A stretch of DNA of 64,000 bases from positions 194,820 to 258,819 of IMG/VR virus record IMGVR_UViG_3300031994_000003; one strand, 5' to 3'. The position numbers and the translations under genes were made by a program. Under the pieces are notes generated by a model, which was given only the letters and a program-made list of their open reading frames with translations, was not told the origin of the DNA and did not search any database. Origin of the DNA: a virus. Taxonomy: Duplodnaviria > Heunggongvirae > Uroviricota > Caudoviricetes. Below are positions 55,808 through 64,000 of the stretch, piece after piece (position 1 is the stretch's first letter; each line of letters opens with the position of its first letter).

Positions 55808-57139
55808 TTACATCACCTGTTCTAATCTAAGAATTACTAAATTCTTTTTAGCTCTTGTTATTGCAGTGTATAGCCATTTATATTTATCAGCAGTAAATAT
55901 TTCAGATTCATCAATAACTATAACATTATCCCATTCAGAACCTTGAGATTTATGACATGATATTGCATAACCAAATTCAAATTGTGATATTTGAAAATCT
56001 TTTACTGCTTTATTTTTATTTTTTAATTCAATAGACACTCGTTGTTTATGTTGTTCGATTGATTCATTTTGTTCTTTTCTTAAACTTCTAACAATTGTGT
56101 ATATTCCTTTTTTGTTTATATCTTTATTCAATTGATATATTCTTTGGTGTCTATCATAAATAAAATCACCAGTATTAAATATGCCAATATCATTAATTAA
56201 ATTACTTGATGTGAAATCAGGCATGAAATCTGGCTTAAATTTTAATCTTCCAAGATATTCCTTTTCATTTACAATTTCAAATGAATCAACATATCCAATA
56301 ATTCCATTTGCTAAAGGATATTCATCATTTTTACCTAAATTAAAATCATAATTATTTTGGCAACAAATTATTTTGTCTCCTTTTTCAGGAAGATCTGATG
56401 TGTATCCTAATAAATTTCTTATATACTTATTTAATTTATTTCTTGTTTTATTAGTTCCACAAATTACTTGATCTGCTGTCATTAATAATTTATCAAATGT
56501 AGCATCGGATAGATTGTGTCTATTTACAACATAAACATTATCTCCATATTTTCCATAAGGAATTTCTTGATGATTTCTAGCCATAATTGATACATCAATA
56601 ATTGGATTACCCTCTTCTTGTCTAACGATATCAGTCAATATTGCATCTGGATGATCTAATAAGTGTGGATCTTCAGATAATACTGGAGGTAATTGTGCGG
56701 GATCACCACATGCTAAAATAGGAATATTAAATGACAATAAGTCTTCAATAATCTTTTTACTAACCATTGATAATTCATCAATAATTATTAATTTAAAATT
56801 TGGAATTTCTTTTTTCTTAATAAAATGTGGTATTTTTTTTCCATTAACATAATAATCATCATCATTTATGTATATTAATCTATGTATTGTTGTAGCAGGA
56901 AGACCTTTCTTAATTAATATTGATGCAGCCTTTGCTGTTGGTGCGACATATGCTACTTGCTCTATTTCAACAGGAAGAATATTATTTACTAAATAATTTA
57001 TTAAATATGATTTTCCAGTTCCCGCATGACCAGCTAACACAAATATTGGTTGTTCTTGTGTATTAAACCAATTTTCTATTTTATTTGAAGCTGCTTCTTG
57101 TTGTGAGTTTAACATATTCTCACCCCTTTTTTTATACAT
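55808..57139 (-). CDS. SF1 helicase, Dda/RecD/Pif1-like
   Basis: Walker A GHAGTGKSYL, Walker B IIIDELSMVS, and the motif CGDPAQLPPV. Length is 443 aa. Confidence 0.75.
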   Translation of the reverse strand: MYKKRGENMLNSQQEAASNKIENWFNTQEQPIFVLAGHAGTGKSYLINYLVNNILPVEIEQVAYVAPTAKAASILIKKGLPATTIHRLIYINDDDYYVNGKKIPHFIKKKEIPNFKLIIIDELSMVSKKIIEDLLSFNIPILACGDPAQLPPVLSEDPHLLDHPDAILTDIVRQEEGNPIIDVSIMARNHQEIPYGKYGDNVYVVNRHNLSDATFDKLLMTADQVICGTNKTRNKLNKYIRNLLGYTSDLPEKGDKIICCQNNYDFNLGKNDEYPLANGIIGYVDSFEIVNEKEYLGRLKFKPDFMPDFTSSNLINDIGIFNTGDFIYDRHQRIYQLNKDINKKGIYTIVRSLRKEQNESIEQHKQRVSIELKNKNKAVKDFQISQFEFGYAISCHKSQGSEWDNVIVIDESEIFTADKYKWLYTAITRAKKNLVILRLEQVM

Positions 57140-57214
57140 TTTTATATTTATTTATAATAAATTGTTATAATGTATATTTTTTAAAAAAATAAGGAACTAA
57201 CCTAAGTTAGCTCT

Positions 57215-57850
57215 TTATTTTTTAATATTTCTTAAGAATGAATCTAAATCATTTTGAGAAGTTGAATTAGTTTTATCTTCAGTCTTTTTAGTTACATTAA
57301 TTGTAATATCTTGTCCAGATTCAACAACATCTTCTACTTCATCAACTACGTCTTCAACCTTACTTTGTAATTCAGCAAGTTTTTGTTTCTTAGCTTCTAA
57401 TTTTGCTTTTTTCTTAAGTGCTTTTAATTCGCGTTTAGTTTCTTTACGTTTTTCTTTAATATCTTCTTTTGCATTTTCAATATTTATAGTAATAGATTCT
57501 GCTACTTGAGATGCTGGAGCTTCTTTAGAAAATAATTTCTTATTTCTTCTACTTAATTTAAAACGTCTCTTAACTGCATCTCTCTTTACTTTTTTAACTA
57601 TCTTAGAATAAAAAAATTCTTCAATAATTAATAAGATAACACCAGATAATAGACAAATAGGTAGAATTAATGATAATTTTCCTATTAACTCAGCAGAATC
57701 AACTTCTTTACCCATGCTAGTAAATATAGAAGATACTGTGCTAACAAATGCTTGATCATCGATTACGAATAAAGCAGTAACAATAGCTATTGCTGCAACT
57801 AAAATTAATGTTACAATATGTATAAATTTCATGAATTTGATTTTTCTCAT
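57215..57850 (-). CDS. membrane protein with highly charged C-terminal coiled-coil (211 aa)
   Basis: N-terminal TM helices are followed by a Lys/Glu-rich tail. Confidence 0.4.
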   Translation of the reverse strand: MRKIKFMKFIHIVTLILVAAIAIVTALFVIDDQAFVSTVSSIFTSMGKEVDSAELIGKLSLILPICLLSGVILLIIEEFFYSKIVKKVKRDAVKRRFKLSRRNKKLFSKEAPASQVAESITINIENAKEDIKEKRKETKRELKALKKKAKLEAKKQKLAELQSKVEDVVDEVEDVVESGQDITINVTKKTEDKTNSTSQNDLDSFLRNIKK

Positions 57851-57973
57851 TTTATCAGAATCCTTTCATTATGTATTTATAATTAATTGTTCTAAGAAAA
57901 TAGAAACAAAATCGAACAATATATTATGAAAACATAAGAAAATAAAAAATAAAGAATAGGAGATAGATAATGT

Positions 57974-58444
57974 ATGTTTATGAGTATTTTAGCGGCTTCA
58001 GATTTCTTTCAATCTAATGCTTGGTCTATTCTTACTATTGTTATTACATTTTGTATTACATTATTAAGTAGATTAGTCATTAAAATCTATAACATGGGTA
58101 AATTATCTAGAGTAGAATTAGTTACTAAAGAAGAATTCCGTATATTAGAAGCAAATATCAGAAAAGATATGAGAAGCTATCGTGATGAGTTATTTAACTC
58201 AATATGGGAATTATGTAAAACTCAAATTCAAAATGAATTAAAAGATATTAGTGATATAAAGAGACTCGCAGAAGAAATGAGAGTAAATGGTGAAGTATTA
58301 AAGACTGAAATTAAAAATACTACTCAAAAATATGACGAAATTAAAGGATTATCTGCAAACATTCAAATTCTTGAAAATAAAGTTAAGAGACTTGAATATG
58401 GCGATAATAATATTTTAAAAGATATTCGTCGTACTGATACATAA
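57974..58444 (+). CDS. hypothetical protein with N-terminal TM helix (156 aa)
   Basis: Intact ORF on the plus strand. Confidence 0.4.
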   Translation: MFMSILAASDFFQSNAWSILTIVITFCITLLSRLVIKIYNMGKLSRVELVTKEEFRILEANIRKDMRSYRDELFNSIWELCKTQIQNELKDISDIKRLAEEMRVNGEVLKTEIKNTTQKYDEIKGLSANIQILENKVKRLEYGDNNILKDIRRTDT

Positions 58445-58461
58445 GAAATAAAGGTGATAAA

Positions 58462-59409
58462 ATGAAATTCGTTAAATTAATATTAAATTTAATAATGTTT
58501 GTATTTGTATTATTACTAACTTGGGTTGCAGCTTTTGCTGTTCAATGGGTATTATGTGTTCAAACTGGTAATGCAGATAATGGATATGTACCTGTTTCTA
58601 TTAAAGAAGACTCTGTTGGTTATAATGATGCATTTGGTTATCTTGGTACATCTGTTCAAGCAAATTATGCTACATATGGTAATGATGAATATCAATATTA
58701 TACATTTAAGTATGAAGTTGAAGAAGGCCAACCTGAAAAAACAATTACTGCCGATGTTAGAGGACCTAAATATCGTTGCAGAAACTGGTTCTCATGGAAT
58801 TGGTGGAAGAATTCACTAGGGTTATGGTTAGATTATGGTGTTGATGCAGTTGCATCTGTTTCAGCTCCTATTATTTTACCAACTTCAAATATTCAACAAT
58901 TACAAAAATATTATGGTAAGCAATTATATGAATTTAGAGATGAAATCAATACAAATTCTAAACAAACATATGGTGACACTGGATTAACATATTATGAAGT
59001 TGCAATTGCTAAACTTAGTGAAGCATTATTAACTGATAGTGAATATACATATGCAAAATGGGTAGATGACTACACATTAATGTATAACTATATGTTTAAA
59101 ATTGCAAAATATAATGCTACTATGGAAGTAACTAATGAAAATGATGAATTAGAAGTAGTTCCTGTATATGAATCATATTATAATAAATTTATTGGTTCTG
59201 ATGGACAACCTAAAACATCAATCTATTTATTATATTACACAATTATTTTAAGTTTAATTATTTCTCTTTGGATTGTTCATCAATATCCTGTTGTTACAAC
59301 ACAAAATGAATTTGGTGAAGTAGAAGTTTCTGGTGGATTATTCCGTAGAAAAAGAAATAAAGAAAAGAAAAGACATTTCTTCCATAGAAAACATAAAAAA
59401 GATAATTAA
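58462..59409 (+). CDS. membrane protein (315 aa) with N- and C-terminal TM segments and basic tail
   Basis: Intact ORF. It ends with RRKRNKEKKRHFFHRKHKKDN. Confidence 0.4.
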   Translation: MKFVKLILNLIMFVFVLLLTWVAAFAVQWVLCVQTGNADNGYVPVSIKEDSVGYNDAFGYLGTSVQANYATYGNDEYQYYTFKYEVEEGQPEKTITADVRGPKYRCRNWFSWNWWKNSLGLWLDYGVDAVASVSAPIILPTSNIQQLQKYYGKQLYEFRDEINTNSKQTYGDTGLTYYEVAIAKLSEALLTDSEYTYAKWVDDYTLMYNYMFKIAKYNATMEVTNENDELEVVPVYESYYNKFIGSDGQPKTSIYLLYYTIILSLIISLWIVHQYPVVTTQNEFGEVEVSGGLFRRKRNKEKKRHFFHRKHKKDN

Positions 59410-59416
59410 ATAAGGA

Positions 59417-60061
59417 GTGATCGCATTGGGATATGGAGATTTAGAAAGAATTGTTTGTGGTCTTGATAACTCAATGAACGATTACGAACAATCAGCGAAT
59501 GATTATGAACAAACATTATCAACACCTAAGCCATTAAAATTAAATATTGAAGGTATATCAACTTCTTCTGCATTAGCATTTCTATTCTCACCAAAAGTTG
59601 ATGAGATGGTTAATGCAATAGTTGATATATTTATGAGTGGTAATTATAATGGAACACTTGAAAAAGTTAAAGTATTGACAGCTATGTTCGAAAGAATGGG
59701 AATTGGCAAAGGTGTTTTTAATGGACCAGTTGGTACTACAATTATAAATACTATTGAAAATACAACTAAAAAGTTTAAATCAATGAAAAGTACTAATAAA
59801 CTTAAAAATTTACTAACTGCTCTAAAAAATAAAAATGCTTTATTTAAAAATTTAAAAGATGCTGGAACAAAATTATTAGATCCTGAACTTAGAAGAAAAT
59901 ATGAGGAAGCCGTTTTAGCACTTGAATCATTATGTAAAATGTTAATTGGTATATATCAAAATAGAAAATATATTAATGATAAAGTAATAAAAGGACTTCA
60001 TAATATAATGACTGAAGAAGAAGATAATGATATTATAATAATTAATAAGATAGAATGTTAG
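59417..60061 (+). CDS. hypothetical protein (214 aa)
   Basis: Intact ORF that is start/stop-coupled to the previous gene. Confidence 0.4.
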   Translation: MIALGYGDLERIVCGLDNSMNDYEQSANDYEQTLSTPKPLKLNIEGISTSSALAFLFSPKVDEMVNAIVDIFMSGNYNGTLEKVKVLTAMFERMGIGKGVFNGPVGTTIINTIENTTKKFKSMKSTNKLKNLLTALKNKNALFKNLKDAGTKLLDPELRRKYEEAVLALESLCKMLIGIYQNRKYINDKVIKGLHNIMTEEEDNDIIIINKIEC

Positions 60062-60090
60062 TTCTATCTTATTTTTTATTTTATTTTTTT
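60048..60090 (+). terminator. rho-independent terminator
   Basis: AGATAGAA-TGTTAG-TTCTATCT followed by a long T-run. The loop contains the TAG stop. Confidence 0.65.
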
Positions 60091-60163
60091 TTAAAAAAAT
60101 GAATATAACAATTTATTAACAATTAATTATAAAACAATTTCGGGAAGAATCGAGTTGATATAA

Positions 60164-61756
60164 ATGATATATAATAATGATTTAAATGTAAAGAATGAAC
60201 ATTATATTGGTAGAGTATTAGGATATAATAAATCCAATAGAACTGTAGATGTTTATTTACCACGATTAATGACTGGATTAAATGGAACAGAAATTCATAA
60301 AAATAAATTACAATTAAATAAAAACAATATAGTTAATATAGGTGATTTAAATTTAAGTGATTATATCGTAAAATCTAATGTATTAAATGTAAAACCAGAA
60401 GATTATTCTGAATCATTACCTGATGTAAATTCATTAGTAATAATTAATTCATACTTACAAAATCCATTAGACTTTACTTATAGAAAATTTAATCCAAATA
60501 ATGATTATAATGTTATTGAAGAAGAAAAATATCCTAAACAATATTCATTAACTATTGGAACAAAATCTATTGATGTTAATTATTTAGATAATATTATTAT
60601 TAATATTCCTGATGATTATAAAATAATATTAAAAGAAAATGATAAAACTAAAACAATAGATATAATAGAAAATAATGATATTGAGAATTCATTATCATTT
60701 ATTAAAGAATCTGTATTAACATTAAATAGTAATATGAATTATTTAATTAAGAATGAAAAAGAAACAGTAAAAGATACAATTGATGGTATATATAATATGA
60801 TTGATTTAGTTACATCTGATCATTATGATTTAAATTTATTAAATTCAACTAAAGAAACAATCAAAACTCAAATATTAAAAGATTCTAATGAAATTGATGA
60901 AATTAATAGCTTTGATAAATTATTTAAAATTCAAAAAATGTATAATTTAAAATCTTCAGCATTAAATTATTTGACACAAGATTATGATGAATTATATGAT
61001 TATTATAAAAATTATTGTATTAATAATAATATTGAAGTAGAAGATGATAAATATGATTTATCATTAAAAGAAACATTTAATGATATTGTATTATTAGATG
61101 AATGTAAAAATCAAATAAATAACATATTTGAAAATATAAATAAATATGAAGATATTGAAAAATTTCGTACTAATTTAAATAAGATAAGAGATTTACTATC
61201 AGTTAATAAAACAATTAAATTTTATTATGATAATAATTTAATTAAAACATACTCTAATAATTTATTTAATAATATAGAATTTCCAACAGATAATTTATTA
61301 TTAGATTATATGATTGAGAATGATGATTATTCAAATAATGATATGTATTATACAATTTGTGGATATCATACTGATACAGATAAGAATAATTTATATATAA
61401 AAGATAAAATAGAAACAAATGAAAATTTATATATTGATGTTTTTAAATATAAAGATGAAATTGGTGCTGTATTAGATACAAATTCAAATAAATATCAAAT
61501 TGGTATTATTGATATAAGTGAATATCCTAAATATAAAAACTATCAAACAAAAATATATTTTAACAATATTGAATTAGACAGAGAAGTAGATAATGAAACC
61601 GGTAATTATATAGATGAATTACCAACATATGTTAAATCTAATATATCATCTTCAACAACACAATTTACAGAAAAAGTTGAAATATTTGATAATGATATAT
61701 TAGTATTAACTTTTGAAAAGATAATTAATATTGAAGATATTTTATTAGAAAATTAA
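60164..61756 (+). CDS. hypothetical Asn/Asp/Ile-rich protein (530 aa)
   Basis: Long intact ORF with low-complexity composition. Confidence 0.4.
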   Translation: MIYNNDLNVKNEHYIGRVLGYNKSNRTVDVYLPRLMTGLNGTEIHKNKLQLNKNNIVNIGDLNLSDYIVKSNVLNVKPEDYSESLPDVNSLVIINSYLQNPLDFTYRKFNPNNDYNVIEEEKYPKQYSLTIGTKSIDVNYLDNIIINIPDDYKIILKENDKTKTIDIIENNDIENSLSFIKESVLTLNSNMNYLIKNEKETVKDTIDGIYNMIDLVTSDHYDLNLLNSTKETIKTQILKDSNEIDEINSFDKLFKIQKMYNLKSSALNYLTQDYDELYDYYKNYCINNNIEVEDDKYDLSLKETFNDIVLLDECKNQINNIFENINKYEDIEKFRTNLNKIRDLLSVNKTIKFYYDNNLIKTYSNNLFNNIEFPTDNLLLDYMIENDDYSNNDMYYTICGYHTDTDKNNLYIKDKIETNENLYIDVFKYKDEIGAVLDTNSNKYQIGIIDISEYPKYKNYQTKIYFNNIELDREVDNETGNYIDELPTYVKSNISSSTTQFTEKVEIFDNDILVLTFEKIINIEDILLEN

Positions 61757-61831
61757 TTTTTTAACTAAAAAATATAAAAAAGAACAATAAATTATAAAAA
61801 AATAATAAAAAATAAAAAAGGTGATTAAAAT

Positions 61832-62773
61832 ATGGCAAAGAAAAAAGAAGAATTAATTGATGAAATTCTTAATGATCCATCTATTACAGAAAATATGCGT
61901 GCTCAACTTAAAAAAGAGCTTGAAGATGAAAGTAAGCAAAAAACAAGAGATGTTGTTTATGAAATCTTAAAAGTATTTGGCTTAGCATTATTAACATTAT
62001 TTATCCTTGTTGGATTTGAAATGTTATTTGAACTTTCTTTATTTGGTGCAATTTTCCAACATAGTCACTACACATTCTGGTGGGGACAATTAATGGGAAC
62101 TGATAAAATTGGTGGTTGGAAGATTGATGATGTAATGTATAGTTATGATGCAGCTAAGCAATTATTTGCATCATCAGGATATGCTGATTTCAATGAATGG
62201 CTAACTGCAGTAAATGCAGTACAATTCTCTCCAGCATTTGATGACTGGCTATGGTTTAGTAATCCATGGCTACCATCTACTATTATTACATTAGTAATGA
62301 TCGGTATGGGTGCAGGATTAGCTCTAGTATATTCAATTGTAATTAATGATATTATTAGTCTAGTTAAACGTCTTAAAGGAATTGGTAAAGCATTCTTTAA
62401 GGAAACTACTGGAAATGTTCAAGAAGCATTTGAATCACAATTAGCAAAAGATAAAGAAGAAAAGACATTATTTGACGCTGATGATGAAGTTGAAGAAGAA
62501 AAAGTAATAGAAGAAAAAGTTAAGAAAGAAAAAAAACAAAGAGTACCAAAGCCTAAAAAGGAAAAGGTAGAAGATTATGAAGTTAAGAAAAGAGATACTA
62601 CAGAATCATTATTTGATGATGTAGATGATGCTACATTAGATGAGTTATTAAAGGCTCCTCATACTGCAGAAGAACAAAACTTATTAACTAAGCTAGAATC
62701 AAATGAAGATACTCCAACACTAACAGTAGTTGCTGAAGCTGCTCCTGGTGCAAGAGTAGATACTGATGATTAA
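61832..62773 (+). CDS. membrane protein (313 aa) with acidic/Lys-rich C-terminus
   Basis: Several TM helices (LALLTLFILVGF, IITLVMIGMGAGLALVYSIVI). Confidence 0.4.
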   Translation: MAKKKEELIDEILNDPSITENMRAQLKKELEDESKQKTRDVVYEILKVFGLALLTLFILVGFEMLFELSLFGAIFQHSHYTFWWGQLMGTDKIGGWKIDDVMYSYDAAKQLFASSGYADFNEWLTAVNAVQFSPAFDDWLWFSNPWLPSTIITLVMIGMGAGLALVYSIVINDIISLVKRLKGIGKAFFKETTGNVQEAFESQLAKDKEEKTLFDADDEVEEEKVIEEKVKKEKKQRVPKPKKEKVEDYEVKKRDTTESLFDDVDDATLDELLKAPHTAEEQNLLTKLESNEDTPTLTVVAEAAPGARVDTDD

Positions 62774-62778
62774 TTAAA

Positions 62779-62813
62779 AAAGATAAAACGTTAAGTCGTT
62801 TTATCTTTTTTTA
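62779..62813 (+). terminator. rho-independent terminator
   Basis: AGATAAAACG-TTAAGT-CGTTTTATCT followed by TTTTTTT. Confidence 0.7.
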
Positions 62814-62904
62814 TATTAAATAAATATATAGAATAACATAAAAATATAGCGTTGAACAATTTATTATGTATAATGCTAAATTTTTAGTATGGATGTGATG
62901 ATAT

Positions 62905-64000
62905 ATGAAAACAACATTAGAAAATTTATTAATGTTTTTAGGAACACGTGAAGAAGTAGAGCATGCTGATTCAATAGATAAATGCTTCTATTTTGCATGG
63001 GATACTGGTGAAATTTGGTTAGGAAACAAGCATGGTTCCAAAACTAAATATGGTGGATCTAGAAACACTCTATCAGAAGTAGATATTAGAAAAATTGTTA
63101 ATAGTGAGAATAGAATTGCTATGTCTCAGGTTAATAATACTGCAAATGAAATTGCAAATGAGCAAAAATCATTTATTTTAAATATTAATGATAAAATACG
63201 TCAAGTTGTTGCTAAAGTAGATACAATTAATGATAATACAACACAATATGTTAAAGATAGAGTTGAAAGTGTTCTTGAAGGAATGCAAACAAATTTCTAT
63301 ACAAAAGATAATATTAATGAACTATTATCTAGATATGTTTTATTATCTGATTATAATAATGATAAAGCAAAACTCGTTACAAAAGATGAAATGAATCAAT
63401 CCGTTTTACTTCCACAAACTGGTGATTACTTATATCGTAATTTAACTAGATTAAATGGATATTATTTCTGTACAAAAGACTATACGAGTGCTACATATAA
63501 TTTCTATTTAGGAACTATATATAGTATAAGTAGAGGTGTTGTTACAGAATTAGGATCATCTGGTGGCGGTGGTGGAGATGCTTCTACTAGAATTAATAAG
63601 TTCTTAGTATCAAATTCTGATTACATATTAAAACAATATGGAGAACCGTTATCTACAACAACTCAATTTATCTATAATATTGTAAATGGCAAATATGCTA
63701 CTTCTGCTGGAATATATTATGATAATGAATTAATTTCTGTTGATATTGATTTAACATCAACAACAGATAAAACAAAAGTTATCAATATGAGCGAGATGAA
63801 TAGTACTGCTGGCCGTCATACATTTAAGCTTTCAATATTAAGTAAAAATGGAGAAACTATTAGCTCTTCAGTAAATCTTGATATTGTTAGACCTATTTAT
63901 TATGGTGTATTTGATGATACTGTTCCATCACTATCAAGTTTAGCTAAAGCTCAATTAAAATTAGATCCAACAGGAAGATATAATGTTTCAACAACTTCAG
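62905..64000 (+). CDS. partial ORF (about 365 or more aa, continues beyond the window); possible virion or surface protein
   Basis: An ATG at 62905 is preceded by an AT-rich leader. The reading frame is open with no stop through the end of the window. It contains a GSSGGGGGD linker. This ORF is not in the supplied track because it has no stop inside the window. Confidence 0.45.
   Translation, partial: MKTTLENLLMFLGTREEVEHADSIDKCFYFAWDTGEIWLGNKHGSKTKYGGSRNTLSEVDIRKIVNSENRIAMSQVNNTANEIANEQKSFILNINDKIRQVVAKVDTINDNTTQYVKDRVESVLEGMQTNFYTKDNINELLSRYVLLSDYNNDKAKLVTKDEMNQSVLLPQTGDYLYRNLTRLNGYYFCTKDYTSATYNFYLGTIYSISRGVVTELGSSGGGGGDASTRINKFLVSNSDYILKQYGEPLSTTTQFIYNIVNGKYATSAGIYYDNELISVDIDLTSTTDKTKVINMSEMNSTAGRHTFKLSILSKNGETISSSVNLDIVRPIYYGVFDDTVPSLSSLAKAQLKLDPTGRYNVSTTS

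Overview
This window is strongly AT-rich, densely packed DNA that looks like part of a jumbo bacteriophage genome, probably one infecting a low-GC host. Nearly all genes lie on the minus strand, tightly packed, and are punctuated by rho-independent terminators.

What I can support from the sequence:

- **Split multisubunit RNA polymerase.** Three separate ORFs carry hallmark motifs of the bacterial RNAP subunits. One is a beta-prime N-terminal part (38140..39879) with the GADYDGD catalytic loop. The other two are beta halves: a beta N-terminal part (41097..42644) with the HPSYTGR motif, and a beta C-terminal part (45504..47699) with the GRYGNKGV, LNPLGV and RLGEMETEAL motifs. This phiKZ/AR9-like arrangement is the main basis for calling the element a jumbo phage.
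- **Split family B DNA polymerase.** The ORF at 3553..5595 has the N-terminal and exonuclease domains and ends shortly after motif A (DLSSLYPSII). Motifs B and C are not in this window.
- **Replication and repair genes.** A type IA topoisomerase, a Dda-like SF1 helicase, a RecA-family ATPase and an SbcC/Rad50-like ATPase.
- **tRNA array.** About 30 tRNA genes between 27.4 and 36.4 kb, plus one isolated tRNA at 16.7 kb. Together they appear to cover all 20 amino acids. Interspersed are several degenerate tRNA-like elements and one unusual class II tRNA carrying a Cys anticodon.
- **RNA repair and tRNA maintenance genes.** An RNA-ligase-like nucleotidyltransferase, metallophosphoesterases, a Ro60/TROVE-like vWA protein, a Thg1-like 3'-5' nucleotidyltransferase, a YqeY/GatB-domain protein and a radical SAM enzyme.
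- **Complete NAD+ salvage (Preiss-Handler) module, 17.5-25.4 kb.** It encodes PncA, PncB, an NMN/NaMN adenylyltransferase, NadE and a CinA/PncC-like deamidase, together with a Nudix hydrolase, an HD hydrolase and a NADAR domain protein.

The most interesting unexplained elements:

1. A reverse-transcriptase-like gene (42644..44083) embedded inside the RNAP subunit cluster.
2. A roughly 1 kb GC-enriched, apparently highly structured non-coding region (34511..35504) flanked by tRNAs, a candidate large ornate ncRNA.
3. An HPr-like protein (30237..30557) that lacks His15 but keeps the Ser46 region, possibly a Crh/HPr mimic.
4. A tRNA-His with an A73 discriminator encoded alongside the Thg1-like enzyme.
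5. A 640 bp intergenic region (16903..17547) with four copies of an 18 bp direct repeat.
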